Shown one piece after another: positions 47,740-56,098 of a DNA stretch of 64,000 bases. The notes under the pieces are model-generated. The model worked only from the letters and a program-made list of their open reading frames with translations. It made no database searches and had not been told where the DNA came from. The stretch comes from Candidatus Thalassarchaeum sp. (lineage in GTDB: Archaea; Thermoplasmatota; Poseidoniia; Poseidoniales; Thalassarchaeaceae): assembly GCA_022449345.1 (NCBI GenBank), contig JAKURL010000004.1, positions 19,981 through 83,980 of the forward strand, read 5' to 3'. Made by a program: the position numbers and the translations under genes. Position 1 is the stretch's first letter, and the number at the start of each line of letters is the position of its first letter.

Positions 47740-48735
47740 TTATTGTTCAGCTAGGAGATTATTCGCTGAAGAAGCGATAAGCACGTCATTGGAGTCGGCC
47801 AGCTCCTTCACAATGGATAGTGTAGATTCAGGAATAGGCCGCCCAATTAGGTCCTCAATTAGTTGCGAACGCATCTCGGCTGAGCGCGAATCATCATCCA
47901 ACAAATCATTTCGAAGATTCGCGCCAGATTCACTTCTTTCACCACGAAGTAATCGAATCAACAGCATCTCCGAAGCATTCGAGTTTAATTTCTCAGGTAA
48001 TCCTTCAAATGATGCCCAGTTTGCATCCCTTAGGCTTCGCGCGAATCGGTTAACGAAAGCGGTATCTGAATCGCCAATCCATTCTTCGATCTTGTTTGGA
48101 GACGACTCTAGGAGAATGCTGGCGATTCGAGCCTTAACTTCCCCTTTTGACTCTGAAACCAATTCATTTAACCGATATTCGACGTCATCATCTAACGCAG
48201 AAGAATTTGCCTGAATGATTCCAAGCGCCGACGCCCTCACGGACTCGGATTCGTCTGAAAGAAGTTGCAAAATCACTCGTGAATCTACGTTTTCCAATCT
48301 AGAAACTTGTTCCGCGGCGGCCCTGCGAACGGCCCTATCCTCGACGATTAACGCCTCTGGGATTGAAGCTTCATCGACCAACATTCTAGCCTTCCAAGCG
48401 GCCAATCTGATGTTCGCCTCATCGTCGGTGCAAAGTTGGGATAGGATTGCCAGCCCCGCTCCTCCTGCCCTTACCGCAATCCTCGCGGCCAACGATCTTC
48501 GAGAATTCTCGGCTGATTGAGATAGTTTTTCGATAAGGGCAAGATCTTTGCTGGCAGCCCATTTTTCAATCGCCTCGAGAGCCTTTTCTCTGAACCAAGG
48601 ATCGGGGTCATCCAGCAGTTTTTCGAATCCATCCAAAGCATCTGGATCGTCCATCTCGAATAGATGCCTGACAGCTCTACGACGCTGTCGCACATCGCTA
48701 TGGTTTAACTTGGCCAATGCAGGCCTGACGCTCAT
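47740..48735 (-). CDS. HEAT-repeat protein
   Basis: Repeated LxDxDxxVR/IR..A units (LLDDPDPWFREKA, LCTDDEANIRLAA, LLSDESESVRASA). Confidence 0.8.
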   Translation of the reverse strand: MSVRPALAKLNHSDVRQRRRAVRHLFEMDDPDALDGFEKLLDDPDPWFREKALEAIEKWAASKDLALIEKLSQSAENSRRSLAARIAVRAGGAGLAILSQLCTDDEANIRLAAWKARMLVDEASIPEALIVEDRAVRRAAAEQVSRLENVDSRVILQLLSDESESVRASALGIIQANSSALDDDVEYRLNELVSESKGEVKARIASILLESSPNKIEEWIGDSDTAFVNRFARSLRDANWASFEGLPEKLNSNASEMLLIRLLRGERSESGANLRNDLLDDDSRSAEMRSQLIEDLIGRPIPESTLSIVKELADSNDVLIASSANNLLAEQ

Positions 48736-48806
48736 GTTGCTGTCGAATCAAAAGGTTGGCATGAACGCTACGCAATTGCAACCCCAATAGGTTCAGCCGA
48801 TTTGAT

Positions 48807-49802
48807 TCAAGGAATTAGGTCTTCATGCCCACCGGCCATCGGTGGTTCATCATCATCCCAATCAGCTGGAGAGTCTATGTCGATGGCTAGCAGTTGCCCG
48901 AATAGGGGCCACATAGGTTGTAACCACTCCATCTCCGCCATGAGTAATTCAAACACAGGATGCTCGACTAATTCATCCTCAGTAGCATCCTCATCTAGAG
49001 GTGGAATGTCGGAAGGCATACCTCTCAGTGATTCTACCAATTCTTCGATTCGTTGAACTGTCTCATCATCGATTTCAACAAGTTCTACAATTATGTTCAG
49101 AGCGTCCTCAATATGGTCAGCTAGTGCTTGAGGGTCTAATGGGTCTCGTTCAGCCTCTGCAAGGTCCATCGGTCCGAATACAACATTTCCAAGTTCTGTA
49201 TCCATCCAATCATTACCTTGTCGTTCTCGCTTCAGTAGAGTTTGTTGAATCGGACCTCCAAATGGCCCGAGAACAAATCCTCCTTCCTCCACCATACCTG
49301 CAACGGTCAAAGGTATCTCTCGCACAGCGCCCGTAATCAAGACCCTGTCAACACCTCTGGTAATCTCATCGTTATCTTCGAGGGCGCGAACCGGTAGTAC
49401 TCGAATTAGACCCTTATAGTCGTGGAATTCTATTCTCTCCTCGGTATGGTCCAGCACCGCTGGATGAGGTTCTACAACCGTTACCATGCCGTTTTCACCA
49501 ACGATATCGTCTATTAGCGCAGAAAGGTAACCCCCCTTTGCTCCAATCAACAAAACATGCTGCCCAGAACGAAGCTCAAGGTGATGTAGAAGTGTAGCGA
49601 TCATGTGGGGGGCGGAGATTGTTTTCGCAGCATCATGGTCGGTAATTAGGAAGGGCACAGGCCGATCTTGCCAAAATGCGTCTAATTCGAAGTCTGTGAA
49701 TGATCCAATGAAGACAATCTGCATCGACTCAGCCACTTCATCTTTCAGAGGAATGCCACTTTTTCGCAGCCTATCCATCAGGTCCTGTACAGGGTTCATC
49801 AC
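48807..49802 (-). CDS. Protein-L-isoaspartate O-methyltransferase-like protein with acidic C-terminal extension
   Basis: TISAPHMIA, degenerate SAM motif VLLIGAKGGY, DRVLITGA, GG.VLGP.G...QTL, V.FGPM. Confidence 0.7.
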   Translation of the reverse strand: MMNPVQDLMDRLRKSGIPLKDEVAESMQIVFIGSFTDFELDAFWQDRPVPFLITDHDAAKTISAPHMIATLLHHLELRSGQHVLLIGAKGGYLSALIDDIVGENGMVTVVEPHPAVLDHTEERIEFHDYKGLIRVLPVRALEDNDEITRGVDRVLITGAVREIPLTVAGMVEEGGFVLGPFGGPIQQTLLKRERQGNDWMDTELGNVVFGPMDLAEAERDPLDPQALADHIEDALNIIVELVEIDDETVQRIEELVESLRGMPSDIPPLDEDATEDELVEHPVFELLMAEMEWLQPMWPLFGQLLAIDIDSPADWDDDEPPMAGGHEDLIP

Positions 49803-49867
49803 TCCACCTTAACACAGGTTATTCCACCACCAATCATTTGAACACATTGCGTCTGCGTTCTCACTCA

Positions 49868-49943
49868 GGGCCCGTGGTCTAGGGGTTATGACGTCGCTCT
49901 TACAAAGCGAAGATCACCGGTTCAATTCCGGTCGGGCCCACCA
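49868..49943 (+). tRNA. tRNA-Val(TAC)
   Basis: GGGCCCG...TCGCT CT TAC AA AGCGA...CCGGTTCAATTCCGG..CGGGCCC A CCA, 76 nt. Confidence 0.95.
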
Positions 49944-50000
49944 AAAATATCCTTTTTTCGCCTGTGAAAGAGTCAAGAAGGGCGAGCCGAACGAGCAATC

Positions 50001-50687
50001 GTGGTCGAAGAGACTGCAGCGCTCGCCTCGAGGTTGAGCCGAAGACTCCGGAAGAGGGGGTGGAGCATAGCCACCGCAGAGTCCTGTACCGGCGGATTGC
50101 TTGCCTCAACCTTCACAGATATCTCCGGAGCAACCAATTGGTTCAATCAAGGATGGGTAGTCTACAACAATGAAGCAAAGATGCGCGAACTTGGTGTGGA
50201 AAAGACCGCTTTTGACCAAGGTGAAGCCGGTGCGGTGTCTCACCAAGTCGCGCTACAGATGGCTAGGGGCGCCAGATATCGTTCCGATGCCGAGGTATCG
50301 ATTGCCATCACCGGCATCGCTGGGCCCGGCGGAGCTACAGCCAACAAAGAGGTTGGGTTAGTTCACGTTGCAGTAACCGCCGGGGACCAATTCATTGTTC
50401 GTCGAAGGGACTTTGGTGAGAACGATCGACTGGATAACAAGAAATCATTCGTTTCCTTCGCGCTCCGACTTGCTCTCGAACTTCTAGATAGAGTCGTCGA
50501 AGATGAAGATCGCCTCGCCGCCGTAGAGAACCGTGTGGAAGGCGACGAAGAGCAGCAACCCGAATCAATGGACCCAACATCCGAACAATGGCAAGGTAAT
50601 CTGTCATGGGCGGATTGGGAAACAGAAACCGTTGAAGATGAGATTCAGAAGGTAGATTTAGCCTCCCTGACAGATTGGGATGAGTGA
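50001..50687 (+). CDS. CinA/PncC family NMN deamidase with acidic C-terminal tail
   Basis: ATAESCTGG, VYNNEAK, GAVS..VA.QMA.G, ITGIAGPGG, VGLV. Confidence 0.9.
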   Translation: MVEETAALASRLSRRLRKRGWSIATAESCTGGLLASTFTDISGATNWFNQGWVVYNNEAKMRELGVEKTAFDQGEAGAVSHQVALQMARGARYRSDAEVSIAITGIAGPGGATANKEVGLVHVAVTAGDQFIVRRRDFGENDRLDNKKSFVSFALRLALELLDRVVEDEDRLAAVENRVEGDEEQQPESMDPTSEQWQGNLSWADWETETVEDEIQKVDLASLTDWDE

Positions 50688-50760
50688 GTAAATCAGAATT
50701 CGGCTCTATGAGCCGTATCAGGCGATATCATCATGAGCGGTCCGGTGCGACCTTCGGTGG

Positions 50761-52395
50761 ATGGCCGTTGAGTCTTGGGCTGAAAAGAGTCGAATCCTCG
50801 CTGCCGCGGGGCTCATCGTAATGGGTAGAGATGCCCAAACGAAGATAGAGAAATTAGCAAATCTCTCACCCTTGATTGAAGCAGCAACTGCTAGCAGCAC
50901 TCGAGTATTGACAAGTCAAAGCATAGATGAGTTACTAACAATCGTGCCAACCGAGGAAACCATAACCGAAACCGATTCGCCAGTACAAACCAGTTCCCAA
51001 ACATTGCAAGCCACATTAGCAAGACCGGAAACTGGCGAAGTGATTGGAAGAACAATCGCTCCAATCACCAATAAAGAACCATCGCCTGCACCAAGGCCAC
51101 ACGGATTGGACCACTATCGTATGCAGGATTTTCCGATGCAAGCCGCCGATGTAGATGCTGAGATTGAGATTCACTTCGATATCACGGGTTTCTCTAGGAC
51201 TGAGGGTAAAATGACCGATATCCAATCTTTTTTCGCCGACCGATTGAAGCAAATTCGCAACTTACTCATCACCGGTGGGGCTCTCCCTCGTCGCCCAGTT
51301 AGCATAGCCGAGGCTTGGCGTAATCGACAGAGGCATACATCGAAAGATTACGAGATTACGCTGGTTGGCCTAGCCTCAGAATCTCGCAGGACTCGTTCAG
51401 GAAACTTAAGTTTCGTGCTAGAAGATGAAACTCAGAATATCCGATGTTCGCTTCGTCCACCATCTGAGGCGAGTCCGCTTCATCCTGCTTTAGACGGACT
51501 GATGAACGACGATGTTGTTGGGATTAGCGGACATTTCCTCCTCGGCGAGAGAAACCCTCTATTCATGGCTAGCAATATCCATCTCCCACCAATGAGACAA
51601 CACTCGAAGGCAACTGCAGGCGAGGACCGTGCCGTCTCAGCCGCCTTCCTATCAGACGTTCATGTTGGCTCCAAGACATTCTTGGGCCCTCAATGGGAGA
51701 AGATGATTAAATGGTTCAATACAGATCCGTTGGCTCGTACTGTGAAATATTTCGTTCTTAGCGGAGATGGAGTCGACGGTGTAGGGATATATCCTGGTCA
51801 GGAAAGACATCTAGCCATTACAGATCTATTTGCACAATATGGAGAACTAGCACGCCTCTTGGAAGGACTTCCGGATTGGGTCGATGTAGTCATTTTACCC
51901 GGTAATCACGACGCTGTACGTCCTGCTGAACCTCAACCTGCATTAGATCCAGAAGTGCAACAGGATTACTCAGATGCAGTCTTCGTTGGCAACCCATGTG
52001 AATTCAGCCTTCATGGAGTTCGAATCCTATCCTATCACGGCAAGAGTATCGATGATTTTGTTGCTGGGCTTCGATCAGTAACCTACTCCACACCCGAGAT
52101 GGCGATGCGGGCTATGTTGGAGAGAAGGCATCTAGCACCATCTTGGGGCGGTAAGACTCCTTTATCGCCAGAACCGGAGGATAGGATGGTGATTCGTCAA
52201 ATTCCGGATATTTTTGTCACTGGACACGTTCATGGCCACTATGTTGGGAATCACAAAGGCACAACAATCGTTCATTCCTCAACATGGCAGGACCAAACCG
52301 ATTATCAGAGAATGCTCGGTTTCCAACCGAAGCCATGCATTCTGACTGTGATAAATTTGCATACTCACGAATCGGCGAGCATACCCTTTGCTTGA
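50761..52395 (+). CDS. polB: DNA polymerase D small subunit DP1 (proofreading exonuclease)
   Basis: FADR, OB fold (LEDET), SDVHVGSKTF, GDGVDGVGIYPGQ, PGNHDA, YHGKS.DD, RRHLAP, GHVH. Confidence 0.95.
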   Translation: MAVESWAEKSRILAAAGLIVMGRDAQTKIEKLANLSPLIEAATASSTRVLTSQSIDELLTIVPTEETITETDSPVQTSSQTLQATLARPETGEVIGRTIAPITNKEPSPAPRPHGLDHYRMQDFPMQAADVDAEIEIHFDITGFSRTEGKMTDIQSFFADRLKQIRNLLITGGALPRRPVSIAEAWRNRQRHTSKDYEITLVGLASESRRTRSGNLSFVLEDETQNIRCSLRPPSEASPLHPALDGLMNDDVVGISGHFLLGERNPLFMASNIHLPPMRQHSKATAGEDRAVSAAFLSDVHVGSKTFLGPQWEKMIKWFNTDPLARTVKYFVLSGDGVDGVGIYPGQERHLAITDLFAQYGELARLLEGLPDWVDVVILPGNHDAVRPAEPQPALDPEVQQDYSDAVFVGNPCEFSLHGVRILSYHGKSIDDFVAGLRSVTYSTPEMAMRAMLERRHLAPSWGGKTPLSPEPEDRMVIRQIPDIFVTGHVHGHYVGNHKGTTIVHSSTWQDQTDYQRMLGFQPKPCILTVINLHTHESASIPFA

Positions 52396-52412
52396 GTTGG
52401 TTGCAGGCTTAT

Positions 52413-53087
52413 TCATTCTGGAAATGGCTCACCGAATAGGGGCTGCCAAATTTTCCTCAGGTCTCTTCCTTCGACAATTGGAACTCCTGCTTTGACAAAA
52501 TCCTCAGCCCCTCTATTTGAGGCTGGATTGAAACCAATGAATCGTGACCCTGGAATCATCATCGAAAGGTCGGGGCCAGAGTCGCCAACGGAGACGATGT
52601 AGGCGGGGTCAATCGAGTTAATTTTCGCCAATTTTTCGACCATTGCACCCTTGTTATGAGAGTCAACCATTGTTTGCTTTGAACCCACCAACCAGCCTCC
52701 CTCATTCCATTCGAATCCATTCGCTGCCCAATCATCTACTTTCAGCATATTTGCAATTGAGCCGACCATTAGGTCGACGCCTGAAGATACGATTGCAACT
52801 AAAATGCCACGTTTTTGTAACACCTCGACGACTTCTCTGGCACCTGTCATTAGTTTGATTCCTGAATAACATCTCATGATATCATCACGATGAATTTCCG
52901 GTTGTACTTCTCGCCACATTCGGATATCATCCGAGACAAATTCAGCATCTGTAATTTCCTTGCGAAGGAACTTGGCAAGCATTTCGGAGTTCTCAGTTCC
53001 AAAATGGTCGTGTATATTCTGCCACGAAGAGTCGTTGTCGGCTAGTACCCCATCGCAATCGAAGGCCACCGCTTTGACGTCGTGCAT
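52413..53087 (-). CDS. HAD-IB phosphatase, phosphoserine phosphatase-like
   Basis: AFDCDGVL, SSW..IH, IVSSG, AN, K, VGDS..D. Confidence 0.8.
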   Translation of the reverse strand: MHDVKAVAFDCDGVLADNDSSWQNIHDHFGTENSEMLAKFLRKEITDAEFVSDDIRMWREVQPEIHRDDIMRCYSGIKLMTGAREVVEVLQKRGILVAIVSSGVDLMVGSIANMLKVDDWAANGFEWNEGGWLVGSKQTMVDSHNKGAMVEKLAKINSIDPAYIVSVGDSGPDLSMMIPGSRFIGFNPASNRGAEDFVKAGVPIVEGRDLRKIWQPLFGEPFPE

Positions 53088-53170
53088 GTTTGTGGTTGGG
53101 CAAAGTTAGGTGTTTAGATTCTGCGCGGCGATGGGTTGGTTATATTGCGACCTTATCTTTGGATGAGGAT

Positions 53171-53428
53171 ATGGGAGAAGGCGACTTAGCCATAAAGGTC
53201 AAAATGCTATTTTTTGGCCCGCTTGCAGAAGCGATGGGCGAGCGGGAAATTGAGGTCGCAATGCTTCAAGGATCCACAGCAAGGCAACTTATCGACCGGT
53301 TTCGGCTAACTCCAATGTTAGACTCGGGCTTGAGAGTCGCAATCGATGGTGTGGTCGGGGCAAATTTGGATGCGAGCCTCTCTGATGCTTCTGAAATCGT
53401 ATTTCTGCCGCCGGTTTCTGGTGGATGA
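53171..53428 (+). CDS. MoaD/SAMP1-like ubiquitin-like protein
   Basis: LFFGPLAE, VAID, EIVFLPPVSGG C-terminus; start at ATG 53171. Confidence 0.85.
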   Translation: MGEGDLAIKVKMLFFGPLAEAMGEREIEVAMLQGSTARQLIDRFRLTPMLDSGLRVAIDGVVGANLDASLSDASEIVFLPPVSGG

Positions 53429-53502
53429 GGCAAAACCATCTCTATTGTGCCTACTTTGCCGAAGCCTTTGATAGAGGATAGCCGCACCTAAAGACGAGCA
53501 AC

Positions 53503-53712
53503 ATGGCATTAGGGTCAACTGAACTGATTATCATCGCGATATTGGCAATCTTCCTATTCGGCGCAAGGAGAATTCCAGAACTTGCTCGAAACATGGGTAG
53601 AGCCAAGGGTGAATTCCAAGCCGGTATCACTGAAGTAACCTCTCCCTCTACTGCTGAGGTAGACATGGACCGAGCCGGAGTTAGTGAAGAAGCAACTGGC
53701 GAAAGTGAGTAA
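53503..53712 (+). CDS. tatA: Twin-arginine translocase TatA
   Basis: LGSTELIII..IFLFGARRIPELARNMGRAKGEF. Confidence 0.93.
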   Translation: MALGSTELIIIAILAIFLFGARRIPELARNMGRAKGEFQAGITEVTSPSTAEVDMDRAGVSEEATGESE

Positions 53713-53721
53713 TCACCCTCT

Positions 53722-54219
53722 TCATTTCCTTCGCTTCAATCGTAATGTTGAGCCACAGTCGTGACAGTTTCCGTATTCGTTGGGTTCAGCATTGGTGGAT
53801 TCTGAGGCCGCAACCTCAATTCCACAGCCAGAACATATCAGAACCCATGACCAAACCTCTCTGATCCCTACTTCGCTAACCGTTTGCCAAGGAATTTCCA
53901 GTGTAGTAGCGATGTTTTGCATGCGGTAATCATCAGTAACCAATATTGCCGACCTTTCCAATGCGAGTGAGATCAATGACAGGTCGGTTTCTGAAATTCC
54001 GCTAATGTCGCCGCTATCTTTGGCGGTAATGGCCACTTTATCCATCGATTCTTGACTTGGCTGACAATTTACTAGCCCTAGACTATCCAAGATAGCGGCC
54101 CTGTCTGGTGAAATGCGTTGTAATTCTTCCTCTTGATGCTGAACTATCATCCCGCCAGATAACTCCGAGATTGGCCAAGCAATCAGGGCAGCGGTATCGA
54201 GTACACGCGCCTCAGCCAT
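53722..54219 (-). CDS. nob1: Nob1-like PIN-domain endoribonuclease with Zn ribbon
   Basis: VLDTAALI, SETD, LVTDDYRMQNIA, CSGC...CHDCG; start at ATG 54219. Confidence 0.85.
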   Translation of the reverse strand: MAEARVLDTAALIAWPISELSGGMIVQHQEEELQRISPDRAAILDSLGLVNCQPSQESMDKVAITAKDSGDISGISETDLSLISLALERSAILVTDDYRMQNIATTLEIPWQTVSEVGIREVWSWVLICSGCGIEVAASESTNAEPNEYGNCHDCGSTLRLKRRK

Positions 54220-54321
54220 AGTATGGGCTAGGCGAACCAACCTATCAGGGGTGGGGTAGAGTGGTTGCCTAGCGACATTGGGCGGCAACCTTCATCCCAA
54301 ATCGGTTGGAGGCCGCGCCTG

Positions 54322-54918
54322 ATGGACATCGTACCCCAAGACGTCGTCGACTCGGCAATTGAGTGGGCAGATGGTCTTGGATACCTTGGTCTTGCATTAC
54401 TATCGGCTACCGAAGCTGCACTCCAACCTGTCCCTCCGGACCCTTTGGTTTGGGATATGATTCTAGATTCGGATAGTGGTTTTGTGGTGGCAGCAGTGGT
54501 TCTAGTCGCAACTTTTTCCAGCGTTCTTGGAGCACTTGTCGGATATGCAATAGGAATGTACGCAGGAGGTTGGCTACTCGAGAGATTTGTTTCTGAGTCA
54601 ACTATTGCAAGGCTGAATGTACTTGTTGAAAGGTATGGTTCAGCTGGCATATTTATCGCTGCAGTATCCCCAATTCCATACAAGGCTCTAGCTTGGATCG
54701 CAGGTGCAGGTAGGATGGATTTGCGACTATTCGTTGCCGCAGGGCTTTTTGGCCGAGGTCTGCGCTTTGGGATTCCAGGTGCTCTTCTTGGATTGTATGG
54801 AGACACAATGTTGGATTCGTTGAATTGGATAACATTCAGTTTTGCGTCAATTCTAGGTCTTGTAATCGTAGTTCCTGCAGTCCGCTGGTGGAAAGGTCTG
54901 CTAGATGAGGAAGAATGA
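54322..54918 (+). CDS. DedA/YqaA (VTT domain) membrane protein
   Basis: TEAALQPVPPD, SVLG..GY.IG, SPIPYK..AG, GRGLRF; start at ATG 54322. Confidence 0.88.
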   Translation: MDIVPQDVVDSAIEWADGLGYLGLALLSATEAALQPVPPDPLVWDMILDSDSGFVVAAVVLVATFSSVLGALVGYAIGMYAGGWLLERFVSESTIARLNVLVERYGSAGIFIAAVSPIPYKALAWIAGAGRMDLRLFVAAGLFGRGLRFGIPGALLGLYGDTMLDSLNWITFSFASILGLVIVVPAVRWWKGLLDEEE

Positions 54919-54926
54919 GACATTCT

Positions 54927-54951
54927 ATTCTTGACAAACACTACACCCCAC
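54927..54951 (+). promoter_or_regulatory. Putative operator, copy 1 (ATTCTTGACAAACACTACACCCCAC)
   Basis: 22/25 identical to 56043-56067; followed by TTATAC (54957-54962) and ATG 54987. Confidence 0.7.
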
Positions 54952-54986
54952 GCGTCTTATACCACACACGAAGCTCTGACTTTGTT

Positions 54987-56018
54987 ATGGGAGGGGATAC
55001 TGTGTGGTCTGCCCCCGCTTTTAGAGCCTCGATTGTAGCGGGCCTTTTCTTAGTCCTACTTTGTTCATTCTCTACTCCAGCAATTGCTGACACGGCCACC
55101 ACGACCTCAGAGGCCACATGGGTAAGGGGCGAAGATGGAATGTGGATGCTAGAATCTTCGGAAACTGGTGGTCTAATCGTAGCTAACCCAATCCCCGGAG
55201 TGACCCTTCATCCAATCGCTGATGCCAAAGTGTTGTTGACTTATACGATGAATCAGGAAGGCATTTGGTCGATTCAAAGCGAAACTATCGTCGAATACCT
55301 CAATCCAGGTAACCAAGACCCAGAAACAACTGGTTCAGACAGCGATTCCTCTAGCACGGAGAAAACTATTCTTGTTCCAACAAATCTTCTCTCTCCCCTA
55401 ATCGCGTTGATTGGTTCATTGTTCCTATTAGTAGGGTTAGTAGCCGGCGCAGACGAGCCCACAAGAGCCAGAGTCGTCGAGTCCTTGGGAAGATTCTCCG
55501 ATCTATCGGTTACTGAGGGTCCCGGAACCCTAGCAGGAAACTATCAGCGTGGAAGAATCATCGGATTCCTAACCGCGCATCCAGGGTGTCATCTTTCAGG
55601 GATGATTCGGGCGCTTGAACTCGGTAACCATCAGGCTGTACATCACCTGAGGACTTTAGAACAAGAGAACAAGGTCTGGTGTCGTCGTGATGGACGCCTA
55701 CTTCGATACTACACCAGCGAAGTAAATCGAGAGGCTGAATTGTCAGGTTTGCCTCGGCCAGTCGATGTCAAACAAATCTCCGACGTTGCATTGATGATCC
55801 TACGCACAATTGCCGAACAGACACCTGATTCACCATCCCCAACTCAAAGAGAATTAGCAAGCGAGTTGAAGACCAGCCAGCAACTGATTAGCCATCATCT
55901 CCTCAGGCTGGAAAATCAAGGTCTGATAAGTCGAGAAAGACGAGGATTGCGAACCCGCAGAATTCTCACTAGCGAAGGCGAGAAAGTTTGGGCTGGTTTA
56001 CAATCTCCTTCTCTATGA
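54987..56018 (+). CDS. Membrane-anchored double winged-HTH transcriptional regulator (COG3398-like)
   Basis: Signal/TM, about 95-aa extracellular segment, TM (LIALIGSLFLLVGLVAG), wHTH1 (RGRIIGFLTAHPG.H....ALELGNHQAVHHLRTLE...RYY), wHTH2 (TQRELASEL..SQQLISHHL..LE..GLI); start at ATG 54987. Confidence 0.85.
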   Translation: MGGDTVWSAPAFRASIVAGLFLVLLCSFSTPAIADTATTTSEATWVRGEDGMWMLESSETGGLIVANPIPGVTLHPIADAKVLLTYTMNQEGIWSIQSETIVEYLNPGNQDPETTGSDSDSSSTEKTILVPTNLLSPLIALIGSLFLLVGLVAGADEPTRARVVESLGRFSDLSVTEGPGTLAGNYQRGRIIGFLTAHPGCHLSGMIRALELGNHQAVHHLRTLEQENKVWCRRDGRLLRYYTSEVNREAELSGLPRPVDVKQISDVALMILRTIAEQTPDSPSPTQRELASELKTSQQLISHHLLRLENQGLISRERRGLRTRRILTSEGEKVWAGLQSPSL

Positions 56019-56042
56019 TTGGAGAATTTGAGAATTAATTCC

Positions 56043-56067
56043 ATTCTTGACAAATCCTACAACCCAC
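56043..56067 (+). promoter_or_regulatory. Putative operator, copy 2 (ATTCTTGACAAATCCTACAACCCAC)
   Basis: 22/25 identical to 54927-54951; followed by TAATA (56075-56079) and ATGATG at 56099/56102. Confidence 0.7.
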
Positions 56068-56098
56068 ATCCCTCTAATAGCGTACGTGAGACGGTAGG

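Noticed and set aside
54931..54936. TTGACA as a bacterial sigma70 -35 box (also at 56047)
   Set aside because: Archaeal context, no -10 element at 17 bp, and identity between the copies extends across 25 bp; better read as an operator
54228..54941. 237-aa minus-strand ORF and the many other 60-200 aa antisense/alternative-frame ORFs in the track
   Set aside because: They shadow well-supported genes on the opposite strand or frame and show no recognisable motifs
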